Shown: positions 11,130 through 25,315 of the stretch, one piece after another
How positions within the stretch are numbered: position 1 is the first letter of the stretch
How the letters are laid out: every line of letters starts with the position of its first letter
Source of the DNA: Phallusia mammillata
Lineage: Eukaryota
Direction: 5' to 3'
Length of the DNA: 64,000 bases
Assembly: GCA_965637545.1 (NCBI GenBank)
Contig: OZ281494.1
Span: forward strand, 5,332,001-5,396,000
Notes under the pieces: generated by a model
Told to the model about the DNA's origin: nothing
Databases searched by the model: none
What the model saw: the letters and a program-made list of their open reading frames with translations, nothing else
Position numbers and translations under genes: made by a program

Positions 11130-14100
11130 TTAAATGTTCTCGCTTAAAGTGTCAAGAGGTATAGGATCTGGGGCTCTCTCTGGTCCGTACCAGTAGAGCT
11201 GGTATCGCTCAGAATAATTTGTGCCACTTCCGCAGAACGCGCGTCTCACATCTGGACTCACGATGACGTAGATAATGAAGACAAAGATTCCTTGTAAACC
11301 GATCAACGTCATTGTGACGTACATATCAGCAAATGTGACGTCAAAGTTGTGAATTCCTGATAAAAAACAACAACTTTGTCAAACAATTTAATTAAACCAA
11401 ACTGGTGCAAGAAACAGGCAGAATAGCAAGAAACTATTCTTCTATCATTAGTAGTACGAATAATATCATACAAGTACAACTATGGCACACAAACCTGGTA
11501 TGAAGTACTTGATCCACGGCACCAGCAGAGCAATGCACGTCATCACGTATTCCACCAACATCCGGAAGACGTGATCGATATCCACGTCATCAGTTGTCAT
11601 GACGTCATAGACGTTTGCCTGTCGAGCTGCATCCAATGACATTTGCTTTGCACTGGAGGCAAAGGCGAAGATGAGAATCGCCAGCAAGAAACAAGCGATG
11701 AAGATGATTGCTATGGGAACGGTTACTCCGGCAACTAGGGCAAAGGAATTGTGATTGATCCAGCAACGCTCGTAACCGTACTCGCTCATCGAGATGTAAT
11801 CGACCTGTGGAAGCGCGACGCCAATTGTGATGCCAGCAATAATGAGGGGAATTCCCAAACATATAGCGAGCTGAATTTGAAGGAGGTGACCCGGGTTTTG
11901 ACGTTTGAATCGAAGAGATCGAGGGAACAAGTTGGCGAGGATCGTCGCTCCATCGGCGAAAGCAAGAAGTCCTGACACAAAAAGCCACAAAAATATTTCA
12001 TACTGTTGTTCTGCAGACTTGTGTTGTAGACTATACCAGAAGCGACAAACATGTTGAGACAAGCTATAAGGGAGGCAATTCATACCCCACGAATCATCCA
12101 CAAACTAATATTTACAACTCACCAGTTGTCATCATAAAGTAATGACAGATAAATGTGACCGCTTCACACTGCGGTTTCCCCTTGATTGCCAGTCCCTCGA
12201 ACAAGAGAACGAAGTGAAGAAGGAAAAGAGAACAGACCACACTTATTTGCACTGCGATTCGGTCACACTCCACATTATCGCTGAATTTGAGAAGCGCCAT
12301 CGATGTGACGAATAGTAGAATGAGACCTACTACCAATCCGCCATAGAAGATTGCCTGCAAAGTGTGGCAGCTGGTTACAATATGTTTAGATGTATAGCTT
12401 CTTGCCAGGTATTTCTGCCCATTTTATTGGCAATGGGTTTTGTATTCTGAAAAATGGGTTTTGTATTATGTAAGTGGAGCATGTAAAGGAACTGTAAAGT
12501 GGAGCTAAGGCCATGTCCGTTTGGGGACACCATGAAAAACTGATGACCTTTGCTACGATAAACGCCGATCAATCAACAGCCTGTATAACAATCTGTGCAC
12601 TAAGGAAACATTCACAGACTAAATCATGAGTAATTAATTTACATTGCACATGCAGCAATAAGGTAAATGTACCAAAACAACTTACATTAATTCCATCAGG
12701 CCTGACTTGTGCAGTGATTTGTGGAGCCACAGTGAAGAAACCAGGTTGATCACACGAACACGACACCACTCCGTTAACTGACTTTCCCATGCAACCATCG
12801 CGTGTGAAACGGCCGCCTGTAAAATTCAGACGCAGACAGATGAACTGAAGCGACGAGATCTTGTACCACGATCTGTAAACGTCGAAAAGCTTCTCTGGTG
12901 CTTCTTCCACCAATGTCATGTCAGCTGCAATGCAAAGCAAAAATGTCGGTGTACTAGCAAATACCATACATTGACCAAGTTTAGTTACGCGAAACTTGCC
13001 GTTCATATATGTTTTTTTGTTTTCTAGGATGTGGTTTGCATATCCTTTTTTCAAACATATTATTATATTTATTTAAACACTTTAAATGCACATATGCAAA
13101 ATCGTGAAAATGTTAAAGCTGAGATGTTTCGTTTATGCTTGTGATTTGTGTTTGCGTTTAGACTGATAAATATGAAGTCAGGTTTTTACTGGGAATGTTC
13201 TCTTACATAGCAGGTACCCAACACTGACTGGCTGTGACAAATACTTCCGTTCTGGGCGTCCTGATATTTTGTAACATGACTCCACATGACGTTAACGACC
13301 ACAGCAGTTAATTGTGCTACGAAGCTAATCGATGATCTTCACGTGATTTGTAGCAAAAACTTTAAAACTTACCTGTCATGTTTACGGCAAACGTCAGGTT
13401 CACACTGATTTGTGATCCATTAAGGGTGTCATACGCTTGAATGTCAAGGTATGGGGCCACGGTGCTGGGATGAATCGATGTGTGGTTTGCAATTTGCCAG
13501 AAAGAGCTGGTTGTGTCGCGAAAAAGGTAAAACGGACGCATTTCGCTAAGCTCCAATATGAGCTGCGTGAAAACGAATACGATAATTGAAGTAGATCTCT
13601 TTTTCCGACCCTCGCTTCTGCCGAATTCCAGTAGCTGAGTTGATCCATCAGCTTCAGAGGTGAAGATGTGATTGACGTCGGGGATTTGTCCAAAGTCAAC
13701 ATTGGCGATTTCAGGAACCGACAGTTTGGTTGTGTCGCTGCTTGCAAACTGTAGGGCTAGTTGGGAGGTGATGTTTCTAAATCTATTGACTCTTTCCATC
13801 ACTTCGGATTTAGATTGGGTGAAGTTGTGTTGGACAAACTCGCTTTGCAGTAGTTCCTCTGCAACATTCGTTGGTCAACTTTTAAACATCAATGATAATC
13901 GATTTTGTGTAGTAACTTATATACTGTACATTTAATATGTAAACTTTAAAATTAGTTTTGCCAACACTTGCATAAGGAACTATAACCTTCACCAGATTCT
14001 CAAATTCTCAAAAAAGCTTGTGCTTTACAAAACGAGTAAACCCTAATCAGAAATACCTGCACCACGAATGTTGTCTTCTGGGTTATTGACGGTTGAACTG

Positions 14101-14611
14101 TTTAAAGGAGCCACTGCAAAAAGGGATTGATTTAGATGCTATAGTTGGAATTTTGAGAAAAGTTTTCAGCGTTTACTCTTATTTAACTAATTGAAAAAAC
14201 AATTTGGTATTCAACTGAATGATTTTCAGCAAATGCACGTTATGGTCTTGCTAATACATGATTTTTGCCTGGAGGCGTGGATAAATGCAACAAAACGTTT
14301 GCAATTAAGAATAACTTACATAAACCGCCGCAGGGATGGATTGTAAACTTGATTTCTGAAACAAAGTCAAACTGGTTTTCTGTTCTGTAGTTGCTATTAG
14401 CACAGGTTTAGAAATAGCGTTCAATAACATATAACATTTGTTGGGTGTAAGTAATTATATACAACATGGAAAAGGACTTATTCACATTACATACCAAAAG
14501 ACAACCGTTTTATCCAATTTATCTTGCTAATCACTTGAAAGAATTGATAGTCGCTGCTAACACTTTCCCATTCATCGATGTCTTTTATATTACAATCATC
14601 TAAGTTGTTGA
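11130..14611 (-). CDS. Adhesion-type GPCR B (GAIN-like region, non-canonical GPS, 7TM); first coding exon unresolved
   Basis: Phase-consistent exons 11130-11356, 11495-11971, 12123-12354, 12686-12924 (CMGKSVNGVVSCSCDQPGFFTV), 13373-13858, and probable 14057-14113 and 14495-14611; a further possible exon lies at 15590-15670. ECL2 RCWI and TM7 LQGIFVFIIYVIVSPDVR. Confidence 0.82.
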
Positions 14612-17600
14612 CTGAAAACATGAAAATAGGTGACAAGTAGAAAGCTGCTCTTTTATCAATTAAAATATAGCAAAACGAATGGCGCATTAACAAAATGTCA
14701 TTCTTGTTGCACAAATCGTTTTAAAACAAAAACCTCTATTAGATTGGAATCGCGTTTCCTGATTTTAAATTAATTATTAGTTCAGGGAGATAAAGTTTTA
14801 TTAATATTTATTTGTCATCTGCATAACAGCATTGCTAATTGTAATTTAATTTTTGTTTGAGGTAAGCATTTAACTTTGTGGTTCTTAAAGTGTGGTACTC
14901 TACCACTAGTGGTACGCCGAAAGTTTTCAGGTGGTGCAAGAGATGTTTCCTGTGATACGTGATTTAAGTCCGATCTAAAATTGCAGCTCAACTGACCCAT
15001 CTGGTCAGACCTGGTTTTGAGCGAAACTCGTGTTTTGGACAGTCAATTGCTAAACATGCTAGGCAAGTTAAAAAAGACCTAAATATTTTGGCCTATCCAT
15101 TCAAACAGGGTTTAGGACTTTAAAGTGTTAGGCTGCTAAAAAAATGTCAGGACTTACGCAAAAACCAAACGCAAAACACAAATTATAGCAACCATAGCAA
15201 GTTCGTAATTTACCTAGGCCATATATCGTTGAGTTGTAGCATTTTCCTTCATCGTACGAGTAGCAACACGGGCGAAAATTACCTTAAATTCAAAGAAATA
15301 CATTGTTTTGTATACGGTGGCAGTATGACAGTTTCTTGAGAGAAATTTGTCTTAATTTTGCAAATTATACAATTGTCCTACGCGTCTGGTATAACTAATT
15401 TTTGTAACCTTTATGCTTACCTTTCTCTATTTTGATGGCGTTTTTTGAATTTCTTGAAGCTAAAGCAGAAGATTATTATTATCAAACAAATTGAGCTAAT
15501 CAGCTTAAATACTCTATGTAATAAAATAGGATACACATATATTGATAATATGAAACGTGTTTTCAAGTATTACTTTACTGACTACATACCAAGCAGATTT
15601 AAATTTCCGGACGAGTTTGCGCTAGGTTCTTCAATGGACGCTCGATTTTTCCTCAGGCATCTGCGTTTTCCTGTAAATGTACAAATACTCAAACACATTG
15701 TTTGTTTGACCTCAAAAACGTTACAACTAATGATAAGAGGTTGGAACTCGCTTAAGCGACTGCAACATACTATTGTGGAGTCTCTAAATCTGTCTAAAAT
15801 ATTTTTAAAAAAATTCAGAGTTTGAAGTTTTGAAGTATCTGAACGCGTTGGTTTGTTTTGATAAGCATTATACGAAACAAATTTGCTTTATTTTAGTATA
15901 GCGTATATCCTTATTAAAACTGAACAACAACACTGGGCTGTAAAGTTGGAAAACTAAATAATATTACCAAATAGACAAACTACAAACCCTGGGCAACATG
16001 GACGACTGAGAGCCACAAGACAAGTCCTAAAACCCAAAGGCATCGATTCATCCTTGTTAGAAAACCTGTTTAATTCGAACCCAAACTAATCGTTGTGTTT
16101 TCGAAGAACAAAAACTAATACAAACCAGTAGCGTACAATTTTAGAGCAATTAATCTAAAGGGTATTTTTAGGGCTGAGACAAATCACGACTAACCAATAA
16201 TCATCTAGAACAATTAAACATGTGTAAATTATTTCAACCGTTTGACCTGTAATACTCCTACTGGACATATACAAGTAACAATACTAAGGTTACACTCTTC
16301 CAAACTCTAGACAATCACTAAAATATTTTTTTAAGAACCAGATAACAGAGGCGTGGTCCTAAATCTTAATCCACCAATCACGTTGCGCCACATAACAAGC
16401 TATGACGCAAATATTCAGTGCGCAAAGAGCAAATAACGTTGCCTAAAACAGATTAACACAAAGACAAATGTCATTTCATCCAGCTCAATCTATTCTTGCG
16501 CTAGCATGGAGCAATTTGAACGGAACAAGCTCCGTATTTCGTGCATTATGGCAGGATGCAGTGCACGTTGAAAGGTGAGCCATGTTTATACTGTACGCGT
16601 ACATTGGTTTCTGTTTGATCCACGGAATCTCAGTTGCATACTGAATGGCGTCATGTCGGTATATAGTTGCGCAACGACATACGAGCAAATATGATGTATC
16701 GAACAACAAGTAGCGTTTTGAATTAACACTAACTGACCATTCCTTGTAAGATACGTATTAGCATATGTATGTGGTAGCATAGTCACTTTTTAAAACCTAA
16801 TTGTTGATGCAGGCAAAGGTTGGTAAAAATGGAAACATTTTTTCACAGAGCAAAATTCAAATTTGGTTTAAAACGATCTGTGCCATTAATCTGTCCTTGT
16901 TTTTTCTGCTTTGTGTGGTTTACAAAATGACAACTGTCAAGAGAGGACGAAAAATGCTCACACGTTTTTGTGTTATTTGGTCAAGCACAAATGTTGGCTG
17001 ACCTTTGTATTGAATGAAACTGCGACACAACAAGCCCACAGCTACAAGACACTTCGAATTCCCGTAAAGGTTAAACTCCCGCTTTAATGTGGCCATGCGA
17101 CATGTCGTGTGGCGCGATATACATTACAACCTTAACTCAAATTTCTCTTTTACTACGGGTATTTTGTACCTACGGATCACAGTTATCGTCAGGGTACAGA
17201 GTGCATCTTGTTATAGGTTCACCTGTAAACTTATTCCAATGTCGCTTGACGGTCAACTTCCCGTTGTTGACAGCAAAAAACACCTGGAAAACAATGCTTT
17301 AGCGACCTCCTACAGCTAACACAAATAGGATATTCCTGTCAATTGAAACAATATTGTCGCTTGTAATGTTTTCTCCCTATTATTTTACGACAACAATTGC
17401 CCTAAATTAATGTATCTTAATTAAACTGCCGTTGGTCAGATTGCGGCCAGAACTTTCGACACATTGAAATAACAATTGTAAAGCCTATATAGATCGATGG
17501 GTCAGTGTAGATGTCCTAATGACAAATTACTACAGGAAGTGTGCTTGCTTTTCATGCATGTGAGCGTACTAAACATCATTTTGGACTTCAAATCAAGTCT

Positions 17601-18898
17601 CACATATTGAGAGTTGATGCCATTCAACAACAACTGGTAACCGTGTCAGTATATAGCCTAGTCAGACACAAATTGACACAAATAAAGTAGCTTCTCGCAT
17701 AATTAAATGATGGAAAAAACAATTAAAACCTTATTATTTATATGCGGAAAATTTCAACTCTGTTTAACGTCCAATTTTTCCGCACCTTATATCGTGACAA
17801 TGCAGCAGTGGCCATCTTTGTTTTCAAAATTGCTTTTATTTTGCCAATGAAGCAGCTACTGCAATGTGGGTGTTGTGGTTACGCATCGAAAGTAAGAGTT
17901 TAATAAACACGCATTCTTACAAGTTGTATGCATAACTGGTTCTTCTAGAAAATAGCGTTCAACTAGAAAACATAACGCGCAACATAGCATTCTACACGCC
18001 AAACTCTATGCCAAATTTTCCGTTAATGGAGTCCTGTTACCGTAGTTTACATGAAGGAAGTTATTAAATAATTAATTACTTTTTATGAACTAATCCTGAT
18101 GTTATAGTCGGTACTGCTTTGTTTTTGTGACTGAATATAAAACAAGTCTTTGGGAAACATGTTTGACAAATCTACATAAAAATTGAATCATTTTTGCTTA
18201 AAACGGTCGTTTTTGCATGTGTTACATAAATGCAAATGCAAGTTATTTCATTGCCATAAAAAGCAATGAATAAAGAATGAGATCACAGCAGAACGGTAAA
18301 AAGATACAATTCAACAAACTCCTAATCTTTTTAAGTTGACTAAAGCCTTTAATAGCATTAATGATTTACGCAAAAGTAAAAGACAATGGTAGAGACGAGA
18401 CAAAGAATAGCGTACATTATGTGTGTCGACCTTAAGTAAGACTACGCTCTAACAACCCTTACATGAATAACCAAATCACATTTGACATATTGATTGAATG
18501 CAAGTAAAACATGTACAAAAACACTGAAATTGCTTACAGCAAGCTGGTAGTACAATTCCAAAAACAGATGACAGAGAAAAGAATACCAATAAATGTAAAA
18601 ATTACACATACGTTTACAAGCAAGATACAATTGTCAAATTAGGGATTTAGAGGAGCCAACTATAACATACTTATCTGCTGCTGTTAATGAAACGTGATAA
18701 CTAAAAAGTGTTAAAATCAAAACCTTTTGTATTGGAGCACATTAGTATACAGTTAACTATAAAATGCTTAAACTGACAATTTTTAAAACCAAATGAGAAC
18801 AAAGCACACAACTTTAAGTTACTTGACGGAATATATACAGAGCATAACGCAAGGCATCAAATTCGTTATTATGTTCAAAAATGTTTTAGCTTTTTTTC

Positions 18899-21800
18899 TT
18901 ATAAAGCTTGAAGTGGATTGGGTTCCGGCTTTTTTCTTGGTCCGTACCAGTAGAGCTTGTACCGCTCAGGATACTTTAAAGTCTTTCCCACAAACGCGCG
19001 TCTCGCGTCTGGACTCACGATGACGTAGATAATGAAGACAAACACTCCTTGTAAGCTGATCATCATCACTGTGGCGTACATATCAGCCAGTGTGACGTCG
19101 ATGTTGTGAATTCCTGAAAACAAAAATATTTTGACACAAAACTTACGTATTTTCGAAACCGTCAAGGCTAAAACAACCAGCCCATGTACCTTTGTAAAAA
19201 CGTGTGATAAAATATAAAAACTACTTAAAGGACATTCGAACACCAACCTGGTATAATGTACTTGATCCACGGCACCAGCAGAGCAAAGCACGTCATCACG
19301 TATTCCACCAACATTCGGAACACGTGATCAATATCTACGTCATTGGTCGTCATGACGTCATAAGCGGATGCCTGGGGAGCAGCGTCTTGACGGTTTCGCT
19401 TTGCACTGGAGGCAAAGGCGAAGATGACGATCGCTAGCAAGAAACAAGCGATGAAGATGGTTGCTATGGGAACAGTTACCCCGGCAAAGAAGACACTGGA
19501 ATCGTGTTTGATCCAACAACGCTCGTATCCATACTCGCTCATCGAGATGTAATCGACCTGTGGAAGCGCGATGACAATTGTGACGCCAGCTATGATGAGA
19601 GGAATACCCCAACATATAGCGAGCTGGATCGTAAGAAGAAGAGTCGGGTTTTGACGTTTGAATCGAAGAGTTCGAGGATTCAAGTTAGCAAAGATCGTCG
19701 CTCCATCGGCAAGAGCCAGAAGTCCTGATCAAAATTTGTTTATATTTTTTTGTGAAATTGGTGCAATGATTGTAATGTTAGTAGCCGGTATCGGATTTTG
19801 AAAGCAATGTCGGATCGTGACAAGCAAGTTTAAAACTTTACCCACTTACCAGTTGCCATCACAAAATAATGACAGAGGAATGTGATCACTTCGCACAAAG
19901 GAAATCTATTAATGGGAAGTTTCTCGAACAAGATAACGAAGTGAAGAAGGAAGAGGGAGCAGACCAGGGTTATTTGCACGGCGATTCGGTCGCACTTCAC
20001 TCGTTTGCTGAACCTGAGCAGGCCAATCGATGTGACGAAGAGAAGCATGAGACCTGCTGCTGATCCGCCGTAGAAAAGATTCTGCAAAAGATTGCTGGGT
20101 AAAATTGCCTTTTTAATGAAATATTAATCGTTGTTCACAATTATGAACCTGGAGTTTTATAATCTCATTTTTTAATTATGAAAAGTTAGAAACCTAGGCT
20201 ATTCAGATGGTAAAATCAAAGAATCAACAGCATTTCATTATTAGTACACTAACAAAACAAAAACGGCCTACATTTCCCAAGTTTTGAAATAAGAAAACGA
20301 TTGGATAGTTACTGCGGTAGTAGCTAAACTTACCTCAATTCCATCGGGCCTGACTTTTGCCATGATTTGTGGAGCCACAGTAAAGAGACCAGGTTGATCA
20401 CACGAACACGTCACCACTCCGTTAACTGACTTTCCCATGCAACCATCGCTCGTGGAACGACCAGCATTGTCATCCAGACGTAGGCAGACGAACTTAAGCG
20501 ACAAGGCCTTGTACCACGATCTGTAAACGTCGAACAACTCCTTCTGTGCTTCCTCAAATGACATGTCAGCTGCGAAATGCAAATCACAAGTTATCAAAAA
20601 GACAACACATGCCAGGTTTACAGAAAGTTGTACCATTGTTACTAACGTGGGAGAGTAGGGTAACTCTTTTTGTTCAACGTAAATGACATATTTCTAACGT
20701 TTTTTTAACTTACGTATGTATAAACGGTAATAAAGGGATGTTTTTTATTTGCAGCATCTGGGGCGGCATTATGAACACTTCCTCGCTCGCTAACTTACCG
20801 AGCTCGGTAAAAAAATCTTTAGCGAGGACTTAACGAGCGAGGAACTCGGTAAAGTATTTGGTATTACGAAGTGTCCTCGCAAACGCCTCGCTAAAGCCTG
20901 ACGCAAATACGAGAGAATGCGTCAAAATCGTAAGAAAAAAGACGTCTGACTCAGCGAAATCGTCACGCCACGCTATGCGACACCTTGCGACAAACAATTT
21001 TAGCCTGTCATTTATGCTGTTTTTAATGTAAATTTGCAATATAACCTCAAAATGTTTGGATTTCCTAATTTACGAAGAGTTTGGAAGTTGTTTATTTGAT
21101 AAAGTAGCATAAGAACATTAAGAAACATTGCAAGAATTTATTGAAACGTGGACAACAGTTGAAATGAAAGTTTCGTATCATAGAAAAGGTGCAAAACATC
21201 TTTTGGTATATTTTTTGTGAAAAGAAAACGTTGGAGCTTCATAATAATACGGTAAGATCTGTGATTAACGGAAGTTTGCACTTTATAAAATGATTTACAA
21301 TTTCTAACTGGTGACATTAGGGTGATTTTCATTTATGTTTGAAACAATGACAACTTTATTATACCTAAACACATGTTTTGTACAACTTATTTTATAAGGT
21401 TTTATGGTTTGCATCTTCAATTAACCATCCCAATATCACATATTAATTTTTAATTACAGATTTAAAACAAAATAAGAACCAGTGTCCTCATTACAAAGAG
21501 ACAGACCAAAACCATGATGCAGAAAGAGGCTTGCTGGACACACACACAAAATAAGTCCAAATTGGAGCATTGTGACCAAAATTACAGGTCAAATTTAACT
21601 GCTGTAAAGCTGAATAAAGTACAATCAGCCTTAGGCACTTAAAAGTTACATTTTTTTCAGTGTTAATACTGTACATGGTGTTTGTATTATGTGCATTAGT
21701 GTTTCTGTGTATTACCTACCTCGCATGGTATATTAGAACAACTCATTTGTCAATTTGTTCAAAATTTTTGTGTTTTATTTGTTTTCTCGTTTCAATTTTA

Positions 21801-24800
21801 TTCATGTAATGCTACACTGTCACTTTTTGTTTCTAATAAACACAAGTACATGCTGTTTGAATAATCATGTTATTAAAATGGAATCACTTCAGTATCTGGC
21901 AATATTGTCATGCAGATCATTGCATTTATTGTGGAGGTTCCTCAATGGCAGTGTTTGCAGGCAGAGATTTGAGACACATTATAAAACGGACAAGTACTTA
22001 AAAAAATAAAAAAATACTTGACAATGCTATAAATTTAACACAAAATAACTTCTGTGAGCAATAAAAACAACCTATCTAGACACGTTCATCTTATAGCTAG
22101 AGTGTTGAAAGAAAATATGGAGGGTGTAAACAATTTTGAGTCACTACCACACGGACGGTTGGTACAATGGCTTAAATGTTTCTTGTTCTTCCGGCATCAG
22201 ACACTTTTTACCGGAATTTTTGCAATTTATTTTAACTGGAAAATGTGTAAATCCTCGTGAATTGATGGCATCAATCCAATACAGTTATTCTTCGCAAACG
22301 CCATTTTAAAATTAAATTAAAACCGACATTTACGATTGTTTTATTCGTTTGTGCAAACATTTACCAACAAAATACGTAGCCACAATTGATTTTCGACGTG
22401 ACTGTTTGACTTTGTCAACAACAATTTGGCGTTAGCGAGTGGTCTGAGGTCCTCGTTAGTTAGCGAGGAGTTTAGCGAGGTCCGGTTAGCGAGACGGGGG
22501 TTCGTAATACCAAATCTCAACTTAACGAGGCTCAACTAACTTTCTTGTTTTAACGCCTATTTTACATGTTTACTGTATGTCATCAGTCTTTATTGTTATA
22601 CGTGGGCGCTGAAGCAAAAATAAATAAATTGAATTGAATTGCTCACTTATTGGGTCCATTATTGGGGTAGTTGGATTAGCAGATAATATGGTTGGGTCCA
22701 CTGTTGGAGTGTAAGAGTTGTTGGATTCATGTTCGGCCAAACAAGCACCTTGAAACAAAAAAATACATCAATCAAATTAACGTATGCATTGCAGTTCTTC
22801 ATCAATATTTAAGCACAGCACAAAACCTTTAGAAGCTAAAATTTTGGAGATGTTTTGAGTGTCCAAAATTATGTAGATATCTAGTTATCTCAAGTTCGGT
22901 CATTATTTTTGCCTTGAACCTAGCCGCAATAGCAATTCTACTTGATTAGTTGTAAAATGTCCACTGTCAATAGGAAAAGTTTACCTGTATCGTTGCATGG
23001 TAGCACTGTGAAAACAAGTGAAGCTGAAAAGTATAAAGAGCGTATAGATACGTTACGATTCTGTTTGATCACATAAACGCATCCTAATTATTTTTAGTGC
23101 ATATTTATTTAACAACAAAATTACTTACTTTTGTTGTTTTGCAGTGTTGCATTTACCATAAAATTACGGTAGACGTTAAAGTTCACAGAGTTCCACTTTT
23201 CGTAGTTTATAATATTGCAATCGTTGTGGTAAACATACGCTACAAACAACATGGTCATTAGGTCCAGTAGGCATGTGACAACAACATGTGTTGTTGACCA
23301 AATAGAATTTAATCTCAAAACTTGTTCAACTTATGCCCAGTCACTGTTATCATGCGGTGTTATACGCTTCGTATATATATGCGAACACAATTATCCACAT
23401 AACTAAGTAACTTTAATTACATTCGCAGGGAATTGTCTTGACGGTCTGCTCCAAACTTTATAAAAAATCCAAAACTTTATACGGACTCTAATTACTTTTT
23501 TTACTAAAAATATAACAACAGAATAATGACTATAATGTACAGATATAAATACCCTGCATTAAATATTTTTTTCAGACTTACGCCCAAATGCTGTGATATG
23601 TCGCGCATCGAAGCAACCGATGTAGAATTGGTAGCAGCATTCTGTATCTGACCGCAAGTGTTTCATTTAAATACCAACAAATAGCCATATTTAATTTTGG
23701 GAAACCGCTGGAGAAATTTGCACCTTGAAAAACCTTAAAAAAACACTGCTCGCACATACAAATATAATTGTTTGGTAAATTTATTAACAAACCATAGATA
23801 AAAGTTTAGCCACACGAAGACATATAGGTTAAACAAACAGCACTTGTATTTACAGCTTTACCTGCTCGGTAGGAATAATAAATGACATATCGTTTATCTG
23901 AAAAGTAATGATAACAAGGTAAATGGAAACTAACAGAATATTCAGAAAAAACTTTATTGTAGCGAAAACAGTAACCCGAACGATCACACTGTATCAATAT
24001 TTAAAAATGTCTTTTGATTTTAGCAACTTTTTTATGCCCAGGAGCTCATACGTTTGTGAATTTCCACATACTAAGGTTTTGTAAAAACTTTGACTTTACA
24101 CACAGACTTTACACACATGTTGTGACTTAAACAAAATCTATACAGGCAGTCAACAAATCACTGTCGTTCCACAACGGATTTAAAATATTGCTTATTGACA
24201 GGGTTGCTTTTGTCACCAGTAAGGGTTCAAAACGCACGCCACAGGGTTGTAAAAGTGGCTTTTTAAGAGCGTTTTAGTTTTGTTAGTAGCTGGACAATTT
24301 ATGAAGTTATTTTAAAAAAAACACGAATTTCAAGCAAGACCGATCGTCTCCCGTTTCTTGGACAAATGCGGCAAAGCAGTGTTGCTTAAGTAAAACCAAA
24401 ACAGCTAAGTCAATGTGAAATAAACAACCTCCGCTTGATATTTTGTTTGTTTGTAAAACGACCTCAACGTCCATGGCTAAGAGTACTTTTACCCTAAATA
24501 TTTGCCACTTTTAAAATGTGGAAACTGACTAGTCCGGTGGTTGCACAATCTGCGACCGCACGGCCCCATGCGGGCAAGCACAATGTGTTAAAATGTATGT
24601 ATTGGCGACCATCTGCGCGAAAATGTGCTAGCGTAAATGTGCGCACTTTGTTCGAAGTTTTGTAGGTTAGAATAAGTGCATATGTGCAGGTCTGAAGGTA
24701 TGACGTAAAATTGAACCTTACTTAAACTTAGAGGTAAAGATTTTGTCTTTTTTACCTACCATTGTTTTGTTATTTCTCTCAACTTGTACTGGATATCTAT

Positions 24801-25315
24801 ATCGATATACCACCTACCAGATTGTTTAGACAAGCAGTTCTTAACCAGTCGCACATTTGGGCATCTGCACATTTTGACTTGCACATGTTCGAAAAATGTT
24901 TACACATTTTTATTTACATCTTAGCACCTGCCCAGTTTTCGGAAATTTGCACACATTTTAACTTACACTCTTTGGAATCTGCGCATTTTGTCCTGCACAT
25001 TTTTACCTTTACATTTTGACGCATTTTTAACAAAAAGTCACAAGGATATGCAAATGATTTTTTTCCTTTTTCACGAGGTAGGAACTCAGGACACTTCCGT
25101 GGACGAATTCCGACACGCTTTGTTAATTCTGAACATAGGTCAGGCGCCCTTGACTATTCGGTCGAGTTGTAAAATAAGAAAAAAAAACATGTATAAATAC
25201 CGTCACCATCCAAAGTAACAAAACGCTTATGCAACTCACTGTGGTCAGATTGCGTGGATTGGATGCTGTAGAAACCCAACATAAGTTGAAGAAACAAACC
25301 ACATTGATTCATCAT
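18899..25315 (-). CDS. Adhesion-type GPCR C, paralog of B, lacking the large GAIN-region exon; model ~482 aa
   Basis: Exons 18899-19113, 19248-19724, 19850-20081 and 20334-20569 are collinear with B (477 and 232 nt exon sizes identical). Upstream candidates: 22647-22748 (Pro/Thr stalk), 23129-23239 (DCNI..W.SV, matches B 14495-14611) and 25240-25315 (signal-peptide-like MMNQCGLFLQLMLGFYSIQSTQSDH). The 5' exons are less certain. Confidence 0.75.
20761..22540. mobile_element. Non-autonomous DNA-transposon-like insertion (possibly PIF/Harbinger) in an intron of gene C
   Basis: Perfect 15-bp inverted repeat atttggtattacgaa (20856-20870) / ttcgtaataccaaat (22501-22515), flanked by clusters of ctcgctaa/ttagcgag motifs in opposite orientations. 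Exact termini, TSD and superfamily not resolved. Confidence 0.5.
24560..25035. repeat. Degenerate element with inverted arrays of gcacattt/aaatgtgc motifs
   Basis: The left half carries aaatgtgc-type motifs and the right half repeated gcacatttt-type motifs, like subterminal repeats of a decayed MITE. Termini not defined. Confidence 0.3.

Noticed and set aside
11972-12101. N-terminal part of the 211-aa ORF (MDDSWG...)
   Set aside because: It is read-through of a short GT-AG intron (11972-12122); the paralogous exon in C starts at the equivalent GLLA position.
17220-17290. Possible further 5' exon of B (VFFAVNNGKLTVKRHWNKFT)
   Set aside because: It has plausible splice sites but no counterpart in C and no linked start exon, so it cannot be supported.
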